From Felis catus (Eukaryota), in NCBI RefSeq assembly GCF_018350175.1, contig NC_058368.1, forward strand, positions 67,334,001 through 67,398,000: 64,000 bases of DNA. Reading direction: 5' to 3'. The notes beneath the pieces are model-generated. The model was not told where the DNA came from. It saw only the letters and a program-made list of their open reading frames with translations, and did no database searches. Every line of letters begins with the position of its first letter. Within the stretch, counting starts at the first letter, position 1. Made by a program: the position numbers and the translations under genes. Below, piece after piece: positions 37,736 to 49,220 of the stretch.

Positions 37736-37941
37736 TTTTTCTTTTTTTTTAAGTTTATTTTGAGAGACAGCGCACACAAGTGGGGAAGAGGTAGAGAGAG
37801 AGCGGGAGAGAGAGAATCCCAGGCAGGCTCTGCGCTGTCAGCACAGAACCTGAGGCAGGGCTCAAACTCACTAACCGAACCGCGAGATCATGACTTCAGC
37901 TGAAGCCGTATGCTTAGCCAATTGAGCCACCCAGGCGCCCC
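37736..37941 (-). mobile_element. SINEC between the two gene ends (inserted in a MIR relic)
   Basis: Antisense body; cttttg..acatctt on both flanks. Confidence 0.9.
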
Positions 37942-38417
37942 TCCTTTTGGCACATCTTCAGGATGAGGATTATGAAGTTGTTCTGATTAAAGGAACTAAT
38001 GATGCATGTTAAAAAAGCAAAACAGACCCAAGGTCTGTTACATAAGTATCTGTTAAATAAGTACGTTAAATAAGTATCTGTTTAAATAAGGGTTGAAATA
38101 ACACAGTGGCCCCTGTGCCTTTGCAGGCAGGACGTGGCTTTTGTGTGTTGCTTATCTCTGTCCTACGACATGAAAATTTGATTGAAAGCACTTACCTACA
38201 AAGTGAGTACATCTGCATAAAATGGCCTGGGGGAAGTGTTAGAAAGGGTGCAAGCAGACAAGTGAAAGGGACCCCCGAGGAAGGGGCGAGGAAGGGGCGG
38301 GGAGGGGCAGAAGCATAATAAATTGTTGTGACTTTAGATTAGGCTGTTGTGGTACAGCTAACAGGGCAAGCCTAACCCCCCGCCCCCCCCATAAAGTAAG
38401 TTTAGCTCAGAACTGTC

Positions 38418-39429
38418 TTTAATGAGTAACTCAGCCACAGTCACAGTGATGTAATGGAGGCCTTTACTTAAAAGGTTGGCAAATTGAAAAAGACATCAAA
38501 ACCCAACAGACCATTAGTTAAAATGTTACCTTTTTTTTGGAAACAAGAGTACACGTAGTACCACAAAGTACAAAAAATGCAAAAAACAGTTTATATGAAC
38601 TTTGCGACCATTGACAATTGTTAAGAACAGAACTAATAGTTTTGAGGTATTTTATAATATGGGTTGGGCATTTGAAAAAAGGGGGAAAAACCCTACATAC
38701 ACATATGAATTCAGTAATGACCCAATCTTTTCATATTCTGATAAACTGACGTTTAAAACAGCTACATTTTATTCATAAAATATCCAAGGTAAAGGTTATA
38801 CTGCAGAAATGGTGTTTAAAGTTCTAAAATAATTGTTTAATAACAACATGCTGACAATGGCTCAAAGCTGAGTCTGGTACAGGTACTTCTGGAAAATGTA
38901 TTTAGCGTGGGCCTAGCTATAGTTTTATAATTCTAGACTTATTTCTATGTGAAAAATAACCAGTCTACTCATAAGATTTCACTGATTCCACTAATTCAGT
39001 TTTAAACATACTAACAGAATTTTATAATAAATCACTTCCAGTGTGACAATGTATATAAGAAAGGTATTAAAGAAAAAAAGCTTTAATTCGAACCCAAACT
39101 GGCTATAAGTTTTAAAAAAATTCACTTAAAAATCAGTCGAAAAAATGCGCTTAAACACTAGAGTACCGCTCTGAAGAGAAAACTTTTTATGACTTCAATG
39201 ACACATTATTTTTAAGCCGCAGAAGTCTTAAACACCTTTGTATGCTTCGAAATACTGTTGACAGTTTTTGTTTTCAATACTGAATTAGGTGCTGTTAAAG
39301 AGACCCTTGTTCTTTGAATCTGCTTCCTTGTTCTTGTGGGAAATACCGTAGGGCAGGAGCGTTAAGGATCCTGTGGGCAGATTACTGAAATCCTGTTGGC
39401 GTCTGGACCTTCTGACTCCGGGGCTGTAG
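38418..39429 (-). other. DZIP1: DZIP1 3' UTR (minimum plausible extent) with candidate poly(A) signals AATAAA (38768-38773) and ATTAAA (38418-38423)
   Basis: Repeat-free, AT-rich sequence directly after the DZIP1 stop; the true 3' end cannot be fixed from sequence. Confidence 0.55.
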
Positions 39430-39506
39430 TCACACATCTGAAGAGTCACTCCAATCAGTCACAGTTACTAAGCTGCTTTTCAACGTACTTGATTCATCTT
39501 GAAGTC
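39430..39506 (-). CDS. DZIP1: DZIP1 last coding exon (77 nt incl. TGA)
   Basis: cccacag|GA CTT CAA...; (G)LQDESSTLKSSLVTVTDWSDSSDV*, matching the recalled DZIP1 C-terminus. Confidence 0.93.
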
Positions 39507-41080
39507 CTGTGGGGGGAGGAAGAGGAGGCCTGAGTGATCAAACCAGCACATTGAGGAGCCTGTAAAACTCCGAAACTTGGGTGTCTGAGTCTGTTCACCC
39601 ATCCGCAGGCCCCAGCGTCCGCAGGCTGTGGAGGAGGCTGGGTGCAGTCTGGCCACGGAATGGCCACGTCTCCGGGACACCCTCACTGGACCCCTACGTG
39701 GAGGCTTCCACTCAGCATCTCTCCTTCCCTGCATTCAGCACAGGGTCTGGATCCTGACTGTGCTCGATAATGTTTTGTCGCTGTTACGGACTCTGAGTAG
39801 TAGGTGTAAAGAAAGCAGAATCAAATTATAATAAGCCAAGTAGGAATTAAATGGTGGGAAAAAAAAAAAGGATTTTCTAGGGGACGTGGGCTTCAATATG
39901 ATGTTAAGAAGTGTGCTGAGCCACCAAAATAGTGTGGTGCAGAGATTTCCACTTGAGTGTCCTTTAGACATCTTTTCTTTGAGGGGCGTGAGGTCATGCC
40001 ACGGGGAGAAGAGAAAGGGAAGGTATTCAGAGCATCCTCTCGGTCCTGTGTGCATACGGTTACTGTAATGTACACACGGTCGTCAGGTTGTGACTGTCAG
40101 AATCGACCTTCAGACAGCACAGGCCACCTGGTGATGGGCACGGTGTGGCAGTATAGGCACGGCTCACACCCTGGAGGAGAGAAAAGTTGACTTGAAGGGC
40201 GGACATGGCAATGGCTCCTCTTGGCATCTTACAGAGTGAGGTGGCAAGAGATCTTGCTGAAAATGGAAAGGACAAAGGGAGAGGTCTGCATGTATTAAAG
40301 CTACCAATAGGGGCCTGAAGACCCTGAAGAGGGGTCATGAGAGGTGTAGTGAGGGGAGAAAATGAGCCAGACCCCCGTCTGTCTTAGCAGGACACCAAGA
40401 GTTAACGTCTACAGGTGTTGAGTCTGGATACTAGCGTAACCCACTACTCAGATGTGGGGGAACTCGAGGTAACGTAGGAGGTGAGGGGCACATAGAGTAG
40501 CCCTTCTGTGACCCTTGGCTTTCACCATGGGCAGAATGTCTTTGATTAAAAAATACACAGATTACATTTTATAGTTTTAAAAATTAAACATACATTGAGA
40601 CTTAAGTTCCCGGACTTAGCCAGATGCTAGGTCTCATCCAAGAACAATGTCACCTCAGGGTTTCATTTGTAATTCATCCCACTGGCTACGATGTTGCAAG
40701 AGAAATCTTTCTTCAAAGAAAATAAAAACATCTGATGTGCGAGCAGATTAATTCAGGAAGACTGCCAGAAGAATGGCCCCACTCAGGTGTGTGATCAGAA
40801 ATTCTAATTTTCTGCGAGGCATCTGCATGAAGCATGAATATCTGTATGGGCGTTCTCAAAAATGATGTTAAAATTAAAGTAATAAAATTAAAATCCAAAG
40901 ATTAGGCCCAAACTAAATAAATCTATACAGATCAGATGTTGTGCACATTTAGTCCTTTTTAAAATAACATAAAGCATCGATACTTGTATGATCTATTAAG
41001 TTTAATTAGATATTTACAAGGAAGAAACACAAATAGTTAGAAAGTGGACCAAGCTCCTGTAAGACGTTAAAGCAGCAAAC

Positions 41081-41255
41081 CTTCTCCCTTTGGCCCCTGG
41101 AGATTAGATGCAACCCAGGCATTTGGCACTTGAGTAGAATTTGGCTCATTCTTCAAAAGTAGAGGCTCCTTCTGTTCTTGCCCAGTTTTTTTCCCTAAAG
41201 ATTTTTCTTCCTCTAAGGATGATATGTCCCAGTCTTCATCGTCCACGTCTGTGCA
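41081..41255 (-). CDS. DZIP1: DZIP1 coding exon (175 nt)
   Basis: ttttag|TGC...GAA G|gtttgc; [58 protein letters not shown](G). Confidence 0.93.
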
Positions 41256-42466
41256 CTAAAAGAAAGGGAGAGTAATGAACGTTTCATAAAGACGCGGTCC
41301 ATGTTAGCGCCCCTTGGTCGTTCTGGTGGCTAGACTGAGCTGCTGACACAGAATGACTCGAATTTGGGGAATCTCGGAGGATTGCGCATCTGGTCATTTC
41401 TGGAAGGGAATGAAACGAACTTGGAAAGCTGTGTTTTGAAAGCAGACAGAACCACCTCTTCTATTGTTTTTGTTTTTTGTTTTGCCATGGAAATGTAGGT
41501 TTCCTACCTCCTCTACCAACCCTGAGTTTCCAAAATCCCAGAAGCACTACGTTGTAGTAGTAAAGTAAGGGTGCTCCCCAAGTAGGAACTAGGCAGGGTC
41601 TGGGGCTCTTCCCTCTGTGATAATGTGACACTGAACTGCAGGAGCCGTCACACAAGGGCCCTGCAGAAAAGGCCCCGACTGAAGGGGCACACATTTCTAC
41701 TGCCCCTTTTCTAAGGAAGACACAGTAGCTTTCTTTTGCTTGAGTGATACGTTTTGTCACTTTTGGCTTGTACAATACAAATAACACTACTAAAAGTAGT
41801 TTGACAAAATGCTCTGGGTCCCTAGATGGGCAGGAGAAGAGTTAAATCTAAGCAAGCAGTGACTTGGAAGGCTCACTGGAAGACCCAGTCGGCACAGATG
41901 AGCGACGCCCGGAAATACAACAGGAGCCCTCCATCCACAGAAACACTTCCGGTGTCCTGGCGTTGGGACCTCGGAATGTGTCAGGGCCTCTCCTCCCTTC
42001 AGGGAGAAGAGCTTGGGCTCTGCCCTCAGATCTCTGATGCATTTCTCCACCAACGTCAGCTCCCAAGTGGGGCCAGACCTCGACAAGTCCCCATTTTACG
42101 GTCAGGTCATGCCGCCGACTCGGATCTGAGGCCCCAGGTTCTAGTCAGTCACACGTTTCTGTGTACAAACTGCCTAACACCTGCAAGTGTCAAGCCCGGA
42201 CATGTGACAGGCATTTGAAAACCTGTAGAACTTGATAAGCACATGTTGCCTTATTACCAGTTAGCACCCCAGTATCTTTGATTCTCTGCAGAATGGAAAG
42301 AAAGGCAAGGTGGCAAGTGAGATCAGGTAAAAGTCTCAACCTCTGGCTACACCAAGTAACTAGGTTTGTTTAATATTTCACTACAGAAAGAACATACAAT
42401 TAGTAAGGATAACCCGTTAAAAGATGAATTTCTCTGTGTATGTCTAGCAAGCAAAAGTGATTTCAC

Positions 42467-42597
42467 CTTCAGGTCTTCTTTCAATTCTTTCTTGATGAAC
42501 GCCTCAGCAACGTTAATCCCACCAAATGGCTTGTTCACACTTCCGTGATTTGAAACCGTCTTTTCAACTTTTTCGGTCAGCGTTTTAATGGAGGTTC
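42467..42597 (-). CDS. DZIP1: DZIP1 coding exon (131 nt)
   Basis: cacatag|GA...AAG|gtgaaa; (G)TSIKTLTEKVEKTVSNHGSVNKPFGGINVAEAFIKKELKEDLK. Confidence 0.92.
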
Positions 42598-42642
42598 CTA
42601 TGTGACCAACAGGAAATAGGTACAGTTAAAAAAAAAAAATCA

Positions 42643-42820
42643 TTCAGCCAGGTCACGATCTCGCGGTCCGTGAGTTCGAGCCCCGCATCGGGCTCTGGGC
42701 TGATGGCTCGGAGCCTGGAGCCTGTTTCCGATTCTGTGTCTCCCTCTCTCTCTGCCCCTCCCCCGTTCATGCTCTGTCTCTCTCTGTCCCAAAAATAAAT
42801 AAACGTTAAAAAAAGAAAAA
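42643..42820 (+). mobile_element. Young 5'-truncated SINEC_Fc-type element
   Basis: CpGs intact; TSD aaaaaaaaatcatt. Confidence 0.94.
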
Positions 42821-43071
42821 AAAAATCATTATCTATGTTTGGTTCCGAAATAACTTTACAGGCGAATTTGAAAAAATGTAAGCTTTGCAAAAAATCATAT
42901 TTATTAAATTAAAATTGATATATTTTGGGCATTGACAGAAAGTTACATTAATGCCCTTATAATAATCCATTTTAAAAAGATCATGATCCCCTAGACTAGA
43001 AGTAATAAAGTTTTCATTTTAAATCAAAGAAGGATGGTTTCATTCAAGTTGTGGTCAGAAACGTTCATTTC

Positions 43072-43286
43072 GGGGCACCTGGGTGGCTCAGTCGGTTAAG
43101 CGTCTGACTTTGGCTCAGGTGGTGATCCCGCAGTTTGTGGGTTTGAGCCCCGCGTCGGGTTCTGTGCTGACAGCTCAGAGCCTGGAACCTGCTTCGGATT
43201 CTGCGCCTCCCTCTCTCTCTGCCCCTCCCCCACTCACACTCTGTCTTTCTCTCCTTCAAAAATAAATAAACATTAAAAAAAAAAAA
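43072..43286 (+). mobile_element. SINEC
   Basis: TSD agaaa..ttcatttc. Confidence 0.93.
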
Positions 43287-43627
43287 GAAATTTTCATTTC
43301 AGCAAGGTAGTCTGTATAAGTGGAATGTTCACGTGGGTATTTTCAAAAACAGTATTAACTGTTTTGAAATTAATTATATTTTACATAATTATATGTACAT
43401 ATATAAATCGTATACAATAAGATAAGTTAATGATATCTGAGGTGTTTGAAATGTATAATGTTTAAACTGCATTAAGCAGAACTTCTTTTTTAAGAAATGA
43501 CCCTTATGCCCCACTTCTCTTCAAATTATCAGCAGTCCTACACTTGGCTTTTCTGCTCCTCTAGAACTGCCCCACCCGAAGGCAGCACGGTGCATAAGAA
43601 CAGCCATTCTTACAGGCACCCAGTCAG

Positions 43628-44041
43628 TGTATGGGCTGAGTTGTATCCCTCCATGTGCATATGTTGATGTCCTGACCCCCAATATTTCAGAACGTGATCT
43701 TATTTTGAGATAAGGCCTTTAAAGGGGTAATCAAATTAAAGTGAGGTCATTAGGGGGCGGGGCATAATCCAGTATGACTAGTGTCCTTATAAAAACGAGA
43801 CATTCAGACACAAAGATAGACGAACAGGGGCAAGGTGATGTGATGAGACACAGGGACCAGACGGCCATTGGCAAGCCAAGGCCAAAGGCTCACACCAGAT
43901 CTTTCCCTTGTGGCCCTCACAAAGAACCAACCTTGCCACCCTTGATTTTGGCCTTCCAGCTTCTGAAACGGAGACAAGAAATTTGTTCAAAGCCACAAGG
44001 CGTGTAGCACTTTGTTCCTAAAGCCCTAGGAAACAGACACA
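43628..44041 (+). mobile_element. Solo MaLR LTR (MLT1-type)
   Basis: tgtatgggctgagttgtatcc...gtgaggtcattaggg...ttggccttccagcttctgaaac...gccctaggaaacagacaca. Confidence 0.8.
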
Positions 44042-44236
44042 CTTCGGTATCCCCAGCTCCCTCTTCGCCTTCCACTTGCACATCAGTCAGTTGCCGTGCC
44101 CTGTCTGTCTTCCTTTGGCAACAGTAGCTTTTAGATTAGCCCATCCTTCCTGTGAGCACTTTCCCAGCTCAGACTCCCGGTGCTTTGTGCCCCTAGTTAG
44201 GAACCACTGTCCTAAACAAAATTTCCTAAAGGATTT

Positions 44237-44479
44237 TCTTTTTTATTTTTTTTATTTATTTATTTAAAAAAAATGTTTTTTTAACGTTTATTTATTTTTG
44301 AGACAGAGAGAGCATGAACGGGGAAGGGTCAGAGAGAGAGGGAGACACAGAATCTGAAACAGGCTCCAGGCTCTGAGCGGTCAGCACAGAGCCCGACGCG
44401 GGGCTCGAACCCACGGACCGCGAGATCATGACCTGAGCCGAAGTCGGCCGCCTAACCGACTGAGCCACCCAGGTGCCCC
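44237..44479 (-). mobile_element. Young SINEC with TSD
   Basis: TSD cctaaaggattttc; CpG-rich. Confidence 0.94.
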
Positions 44480-44509
44480 CCTAAAGGATTTTCAATGACA
44501 ACAGCTCAC

Positions 44510-44703
44510 CTGTGGGCTTGGGAGAAATATCAGAGTCCTCGATTTCACTACCCTCGGTCCAGTCAGTGTCACTTTTGACAGTGTTCTTTCCAAAGCTACT
44601 CTTGTTGCTTTTGGATGACTGCACGAGAAGTAAGTCTGGGGATGCGCATGCCTGGATGAGGTCCTCACCATCCAACTCTTCCTCTGAACTGAAGGGCGGC
44701 GTC
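44510..44703 (-). CDS. DZIP1: DZIP1 coding exon (194 nt)
   Basis: tgtttag|G ACG CCG...ACA G|gtgagc; [64 protein letters not shown](G). Confidence 0.94.
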
Positions 44704-44875
44704 CTAAACAAATGAAAACCCAAACAGCATTGTTTTCACATTTCAGGATTTACAATGATTCAGGATTTTCGGTCACTTCACATTACAGGATATGCCTTTT
44801 AAAATAGCATTCTATTTTAAAGTGAGAAGTTCAGAGTAGTGTTTGTTCATTTAAGAATATTCTTTGAGCACTTAG

Positions 44876-45258
44876 GGCTCCTGGGTGGCTCAGTTGGGTA
44901 AGTGTCTAAGTCTTGATTTCGGCTCAGGTAATGATCCCAGCATCATGGGATCAAGTCCTGCGTGGGGCTCCATGCTAAGCGTGGAATCTGCTTAAGACTC
45001 TCTCTCCTGGGGTGCCTGGGGGCTCACTGGGTTAAGTGTCTGACTCTTGATTTCAGCTCAGGTCATGGTCTCACAGGCTCATGAGAGCCCAAGCTGAGCT
45101 CTGCACTGACAGCATTGGACTCTGCTGGGTATCCTCTCTCTCCCTCTCTCTCTGCCCCTCCCCCATGCTCACTCTCAAAATAAATAAATAAACATTAAAA
45201 AATAAAAGATTCCCTCTCTCCCTCTGCCCCTCCCCTTCTCTCTCTCTCTCAAAAAAAA
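44876..45258 (+). mobile_element. Nested SINEC-in-SINEC (inner about 45009-45205)
   Basis: Inner TSD aaga.tc.ctctc; outer TSD aatattctttgagca. Confidence 0.88.
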
Positions 45259-45379
45259 TATTCTTTGAGCATTTAAATTCCAGACAATGTTGTTATACCA
45301 CATCCCATGAAATAAGGCTCTTCCTATGAGATTATGTACATGAAGAGTGCTTTTGAAGGGTAAATCATTTTTATTGCCT

Positions 45380-45575
45380 CTACTATATTTATACTGTCTC
45401 TAACTATATAAGTTAAATATATATTTATATATAGTTTATATATGTAGTTTACATATAACTATATATGGTTATTATATATATATATTTATATATAGTTTAT
45501 ATATATAGTTTATATATATATTTATATATAGTTTTTATATATATATAGTTTATATTGTCTCTACTATATATACAC
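45380..45575. repeat. AT-rich degenerate (TA)n/tatatagttt repeat
   Basis: Visible low-complexity tract. Confidence 0.85.
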
Positions 45576-46362
45576 AATGCCTCAAGAAGAGATATTTACA
45601 GTATTACTATCTCCAGAAAAACTTGATGATAAATTTCAGTTATGATAAAATTAAATTTACTTATAAATACTCAAATTTATATTTAAATTATATTCCCTTA
45701 AATATAAATTATAAGTAAAATAACAAAACTAAAAACCATTATTAAGTAAAAACAAAAATATACCTATAATTTATTATGCCCCCATGAACTGCCAAGCACT
45801 GAAGAAAGCCCTTTTCATGTATTAATTTGGAGTAGAACTATCCTGTGAAAAAGGCAGCATCATCCCATTGAACAGATAAGAAAACAGGCTTAAACAGGTA
45901 AACTACTGAATCAGTGGCACAAGTTTATGAGTAACTCAGCTAGGATTCTTAGTATCCCGAGAGGGCCGAAGACAGTAAGGTCTAGGGCCATTCCTGATAT
46001 CCACAAGGAGCGAGAAGACTGCAATATCATCTGACTGTGCTACCAAGAATCCAGCCGCTAAAAGTTGACATCATCCATTTAATTCTTTGTGCTTATTGAA
46101 AACTACTGGACACTGAGGGGAGTAACGGAAATGACTCAGGGCGGTCTCACTTCTTAGTAGAGGTCAAGATGTGATAAGTGCTACTGACTTACATAAAATC
46201 TGGTAAAGAAACAAAGACATGTCATAAAAGAGTAACAAATCAATTACGATGTTTAATCATTAGGGCTTTAGTTAATCACAGTGCACACACTAATTTACGA
46301 TAAAAGGAACGTTCAGTGAAAAGAATTTTTTAAATGGCTGCTCCCCGCTCCCAAGTACTCAC

Positions 46363-46416
46363 GTAAGAGTTGAAGACTTTTTGGGAAAATGATCTTCTGT
46401 GATATTTTTCTTAATT
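46363..46416 (-). CDS. DZIP1: DZIP1 coding exon (54 nt)
   Basis: tttttag|A ATT AAG...CTT AC|gtgagt; (K)IKKNITEDHFPKKSSTL(T); phases fit both neighbours. Confidence 0.9.
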
Positions 46417-46600
46417 CTAAAAAACAACAGAAAACGATTTCTAAACGGCATGGACCAATAACATAATTTAATGTGAATTTCTATGGGATTGGTGATTGTG
46501 GCTTTGAACGTATGTTAACGAGGATCAGCAGCAACGAGTGTGCCAGTGCCCGTGACAGGCCGGGAGGAGCTGTACTGTGACTCGTGGCTGAGTCAAACCT

Positions 46601-47221
46601 TGTTGTGGGGTGAGTGTGTGTCCCCCTAAAATCTGTGCATGGCACCCCTCACCCCCAATGTGATGCTCTCAGAAGAAGGGGTCTTTGGGAGGTAATTAGG
46701 TTTATCTGAGGTCATGAGGGTGGGGGCCCCCATAAATGGATTAGTGTCCTTTTTAAAAAGAGGAAGAGGGATCAGTCCTCTCTCTGCCTGCCACGGGAGG
46801 ACACAGTGAGAAAAAAGGGAAAAAAGGCGGAAGCGAGCTGCCACCAGAACCCGACCATACTGCACGCTGATTTCAGACTTCCAATCTCCAGAAGTGTGAG
46901 AAAACATACTGCTGTTGTTTAAAGCCACCCCGTCTATCAGGGGTGCCTGGGTGGCTCGGTCGATTGAGCGTCCGACTTTGGCTCAGGTCATGATTTCGCA
47001 GTTCATGAGTTCAAGCCCCGCATCGGGCTCCATGCTCACAGCCTGGAGCCTGGAGCCTGGAGCCTGCTTTGGATTCTGTGTCTCCCTCTCTCTCTGCTCC
47101 TCCCCGGCTTGTGCTCTGTCTCTGTCTCTCTCTCTCAAAAATAAATAAACATTAAAAAAAAAACTTTTAGAGCCACCCAGTCTATGGTATTTTGTTATGG
47201 CAGCCCAAGCTGACTAGGACA
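46601..47221 (+). mobile_element. Solo MaLR LTR (MLT1A-like) interrupted by a SINEC
   Basis: ctttgggaggtaattaggtt...gacttccaatctccagaa...gtattttgttatggcagcccaagctgactaggaca. Confidence 0.82.
46940..47168 (+). mobile_element. SINEC inserted in the LTR
   Basis: TSD agccaccc(c/a)gtctat; triplicated gcctgga in the body. Confidence 0.92.
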
Positions 47222-47259
47222 AACGTTAATGCAAAAATTTTAGCGTTAAAAATACTCAC

Positions 47260-47389
47260 TTGGGAACAGATGTCCTATCAGTGAAAACAGGTCTTTGCCT
47301 AATCAGTTGTCTGCTTTTGGGAGGAAGTTGCACTGCCTTGGGTATTTCTCCAGTTGAGAGGGTATCCATTTGAGAAGCACCATACTTAT
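47260..47389 (-). CDS. DZIP1: DZIP1 coding exon (130 nt)
   Basis: attccag|AT AAG...CCC AA|gtgagt; (D)KYGASQMDTLSTGEIPKAVQLPPKSRQLIRQRPVFTDRTSVP(K). Confidence 0.92.
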
Positions 47390-47691
47390 CTGGAATAGTA
47401 GTATCATTCATGAGTCTCCATTGCCTTGATGATCAGTGAGTGAAGAGGAAAATACCACAATACTGTCTACACTGGCAGTTGAAACCAACAAACTCGTCTC
47501 TTGGGTCTAGAGTCCACACCACAGGCAATTTTTAATATAAAAATAAAATCCGAGACCCAACATATAAATGGTTCCTTGGTATTAGACTTGCCAATCAAGT
47601 TCTAGAGTTTGTGAGACATTTAAAATTATGAAAGATAACTGGATGTCGCTCCTATGTGCAGAAATGCAATGGCAGTCAGTTACGGGCTTAC

Positions 47692-47854
47692 CTGAGGACA
47701 GTGAGTTTCTCTCCTCGATTTTACAGCTGACCTCACGTTCAAGGAATTCTCGAATTTGCTGAATGTTAGGTATTTGTCTTTCTCGCTCATGTCTTGCTGA
47801 TTCCACAGTTCTTAGCACTCTACTGAAGTGATCACTTGAAATACCGCGTATATC
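47692..47854 (-). CDS. DZIP1: DZIP1 coding exon (163 nt)
   Basis: cttcag|GAT ATA CGC...TCA G|gtaagc; DIRGISSDHFSRVLRTVESARHERERQIPNIQQIREFLEREVSCKIEERNSLSS. Confidence 0.94.
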
Positions 47855-48104
47855 CTGAAGAGATGAACCGTTAACCGAATTATCCTGGCATGTTCTTCAT
47901 TTCATGAACATCTGTTAGCACAAACTATGCCAACCTTTTTGTCTTTACGGCTGCGTGTGAGGTAAGAGGATGCCCTAACATACCACAACATGCTATTCTG
48001 ACCTCGAAAGGCACTCCCAGCGCAGTGGGACAGGGGATGTGTGAATGACTCTACATGATTGGTTAGCGGTGAGAGGCTGTTGAGTGCCAGGACCGAATGC
48101 ACAG

Positions 48105-48106
<2 letters not shown>

Positions 48107-48155
<49 letters not shown>

Positions 48156-48168
48156 TGTCTGTCTGTCT
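48107..48168. repeat. (GT)n(GTCT)n compound microsatellite
   Basis: About 23 GT units followed by GTCT units. Confidence 0.95.
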
Positions 48169-48317
48169 GACTAACCAACAATGCAAGGTGGGCCATCAGG
48201 ACAGAATGAATCCACAAGGACAGAACAGATATGCCTTCTTCTCTTCTCTGATCCCTTCCCATTGAGAAAGCAAAATAAAGCACAACCAACAAATGTTCCT
48301 GAAATGAATGAGCTTAC

Positions 48318-48460
48318 CGCATTAATCCCCAAGGTTTCCAGTTTCTCCAGCAAACTCTGCTCCAACATGTTTCTGATTTCCTTATTGAGGGAGGGGTTAC
48401 CCTTCAAAGCTTTCCTTAAATGTATCTTGTGGTTATTTAATTTCTGTTCATTCTCCCTTC
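48318..48460 (-). CDS. DZIP1: DZIP1 coding exon (143 nt)
   Basis: atttcag|GA AGG GAG...GCG|gtaagc; (G)RENEQKLNNHKIHLRKALKGNPSLNKEIRNMLEQSLLEKLETLGINA. Confidence 0.94.
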
Positions 48461-48505
48461 CTGAAATAAGGTTTACAAAATGTGTTAAAAAAATTAAATA
48501 TTCCT

Positions 48506-48895
48506 GAAGTGTATTATGCTAAGCGAAAATAAGTCAGAGAAAAACAAGTATCATATGATTTCACTCACATGTGGAATTTAAGAAACAAAACAGACTGAAC
48601 ATAGGGAAAGGGAAGGAAAAATAAGATAAAGACAGTGGGAGGCAAACCATGAGACTCTTAAATACAGAGAACAAACTGAGGGTTGCTGGAGGCGATGGGG
48701 GGGTGTGGAGGATGGGCTAAATGGATGATGGACGGTAAGGAGGGCCCTTGTGATGAGCACTGGCTGTTACATGTATGTGATGAATCACTAGATTCAACTC
48801 CTGAAACCAATACTACATTGTATCTTAACGAACTTGGATTTAAATTTAAAAAAGAAAAGAAAAGAAAAAAGAAAAGAGAAGAAAAAAGAAAAATA
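48506..48895 (+). mobile_element. Carnivore L1 3' end (5'-truncated) with A/G-rich tail
   Basis: attatgctaagcgaaaataagtcagaga...atgatttcactcacatgtggaatttaagaaac...gatgagcactgg...gaatcactagattcaactcctgaaacc. Confidence 0.88.
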
Positions 48896-49030
48896 CATAA
48901 AATCCCTAAGCAGAAAATGGCAAAACACCACTTTTAAACAGCAAGCAAGCATTTTGTAATACAGTTTTGGGGTCGTTTGCTCATCCAAGCACAATATATA
49001 ATGCTGAAGTATCACAACTTTCAAAACTAT

Positions 49031-49207
49031 GTTTGGCTCAGGTCATGATCTTGCGGTTTGTGGGTTCGAGCCCCGCGTCGGGCTCTGTGCTGACAGCTCG
49101 GAGCCTGGAGCCTGCTTCGGATTCTGTGTCTCCCTCCCTTTCTGCCCCCCCTGCCCCCCACACTCTGTCTCTCTCTTCTTCAAAAATAAATAAACATTTA
49201 AAAAAAC
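49031..49207 (+). mobile_element. 5'-truncated SINEC
   Basis: ttggctcaggtcatgatc...aataaataaacatt. Confidence 0.9.
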
Positions 49208-49220
49208 TTCAGTGTCTTTA

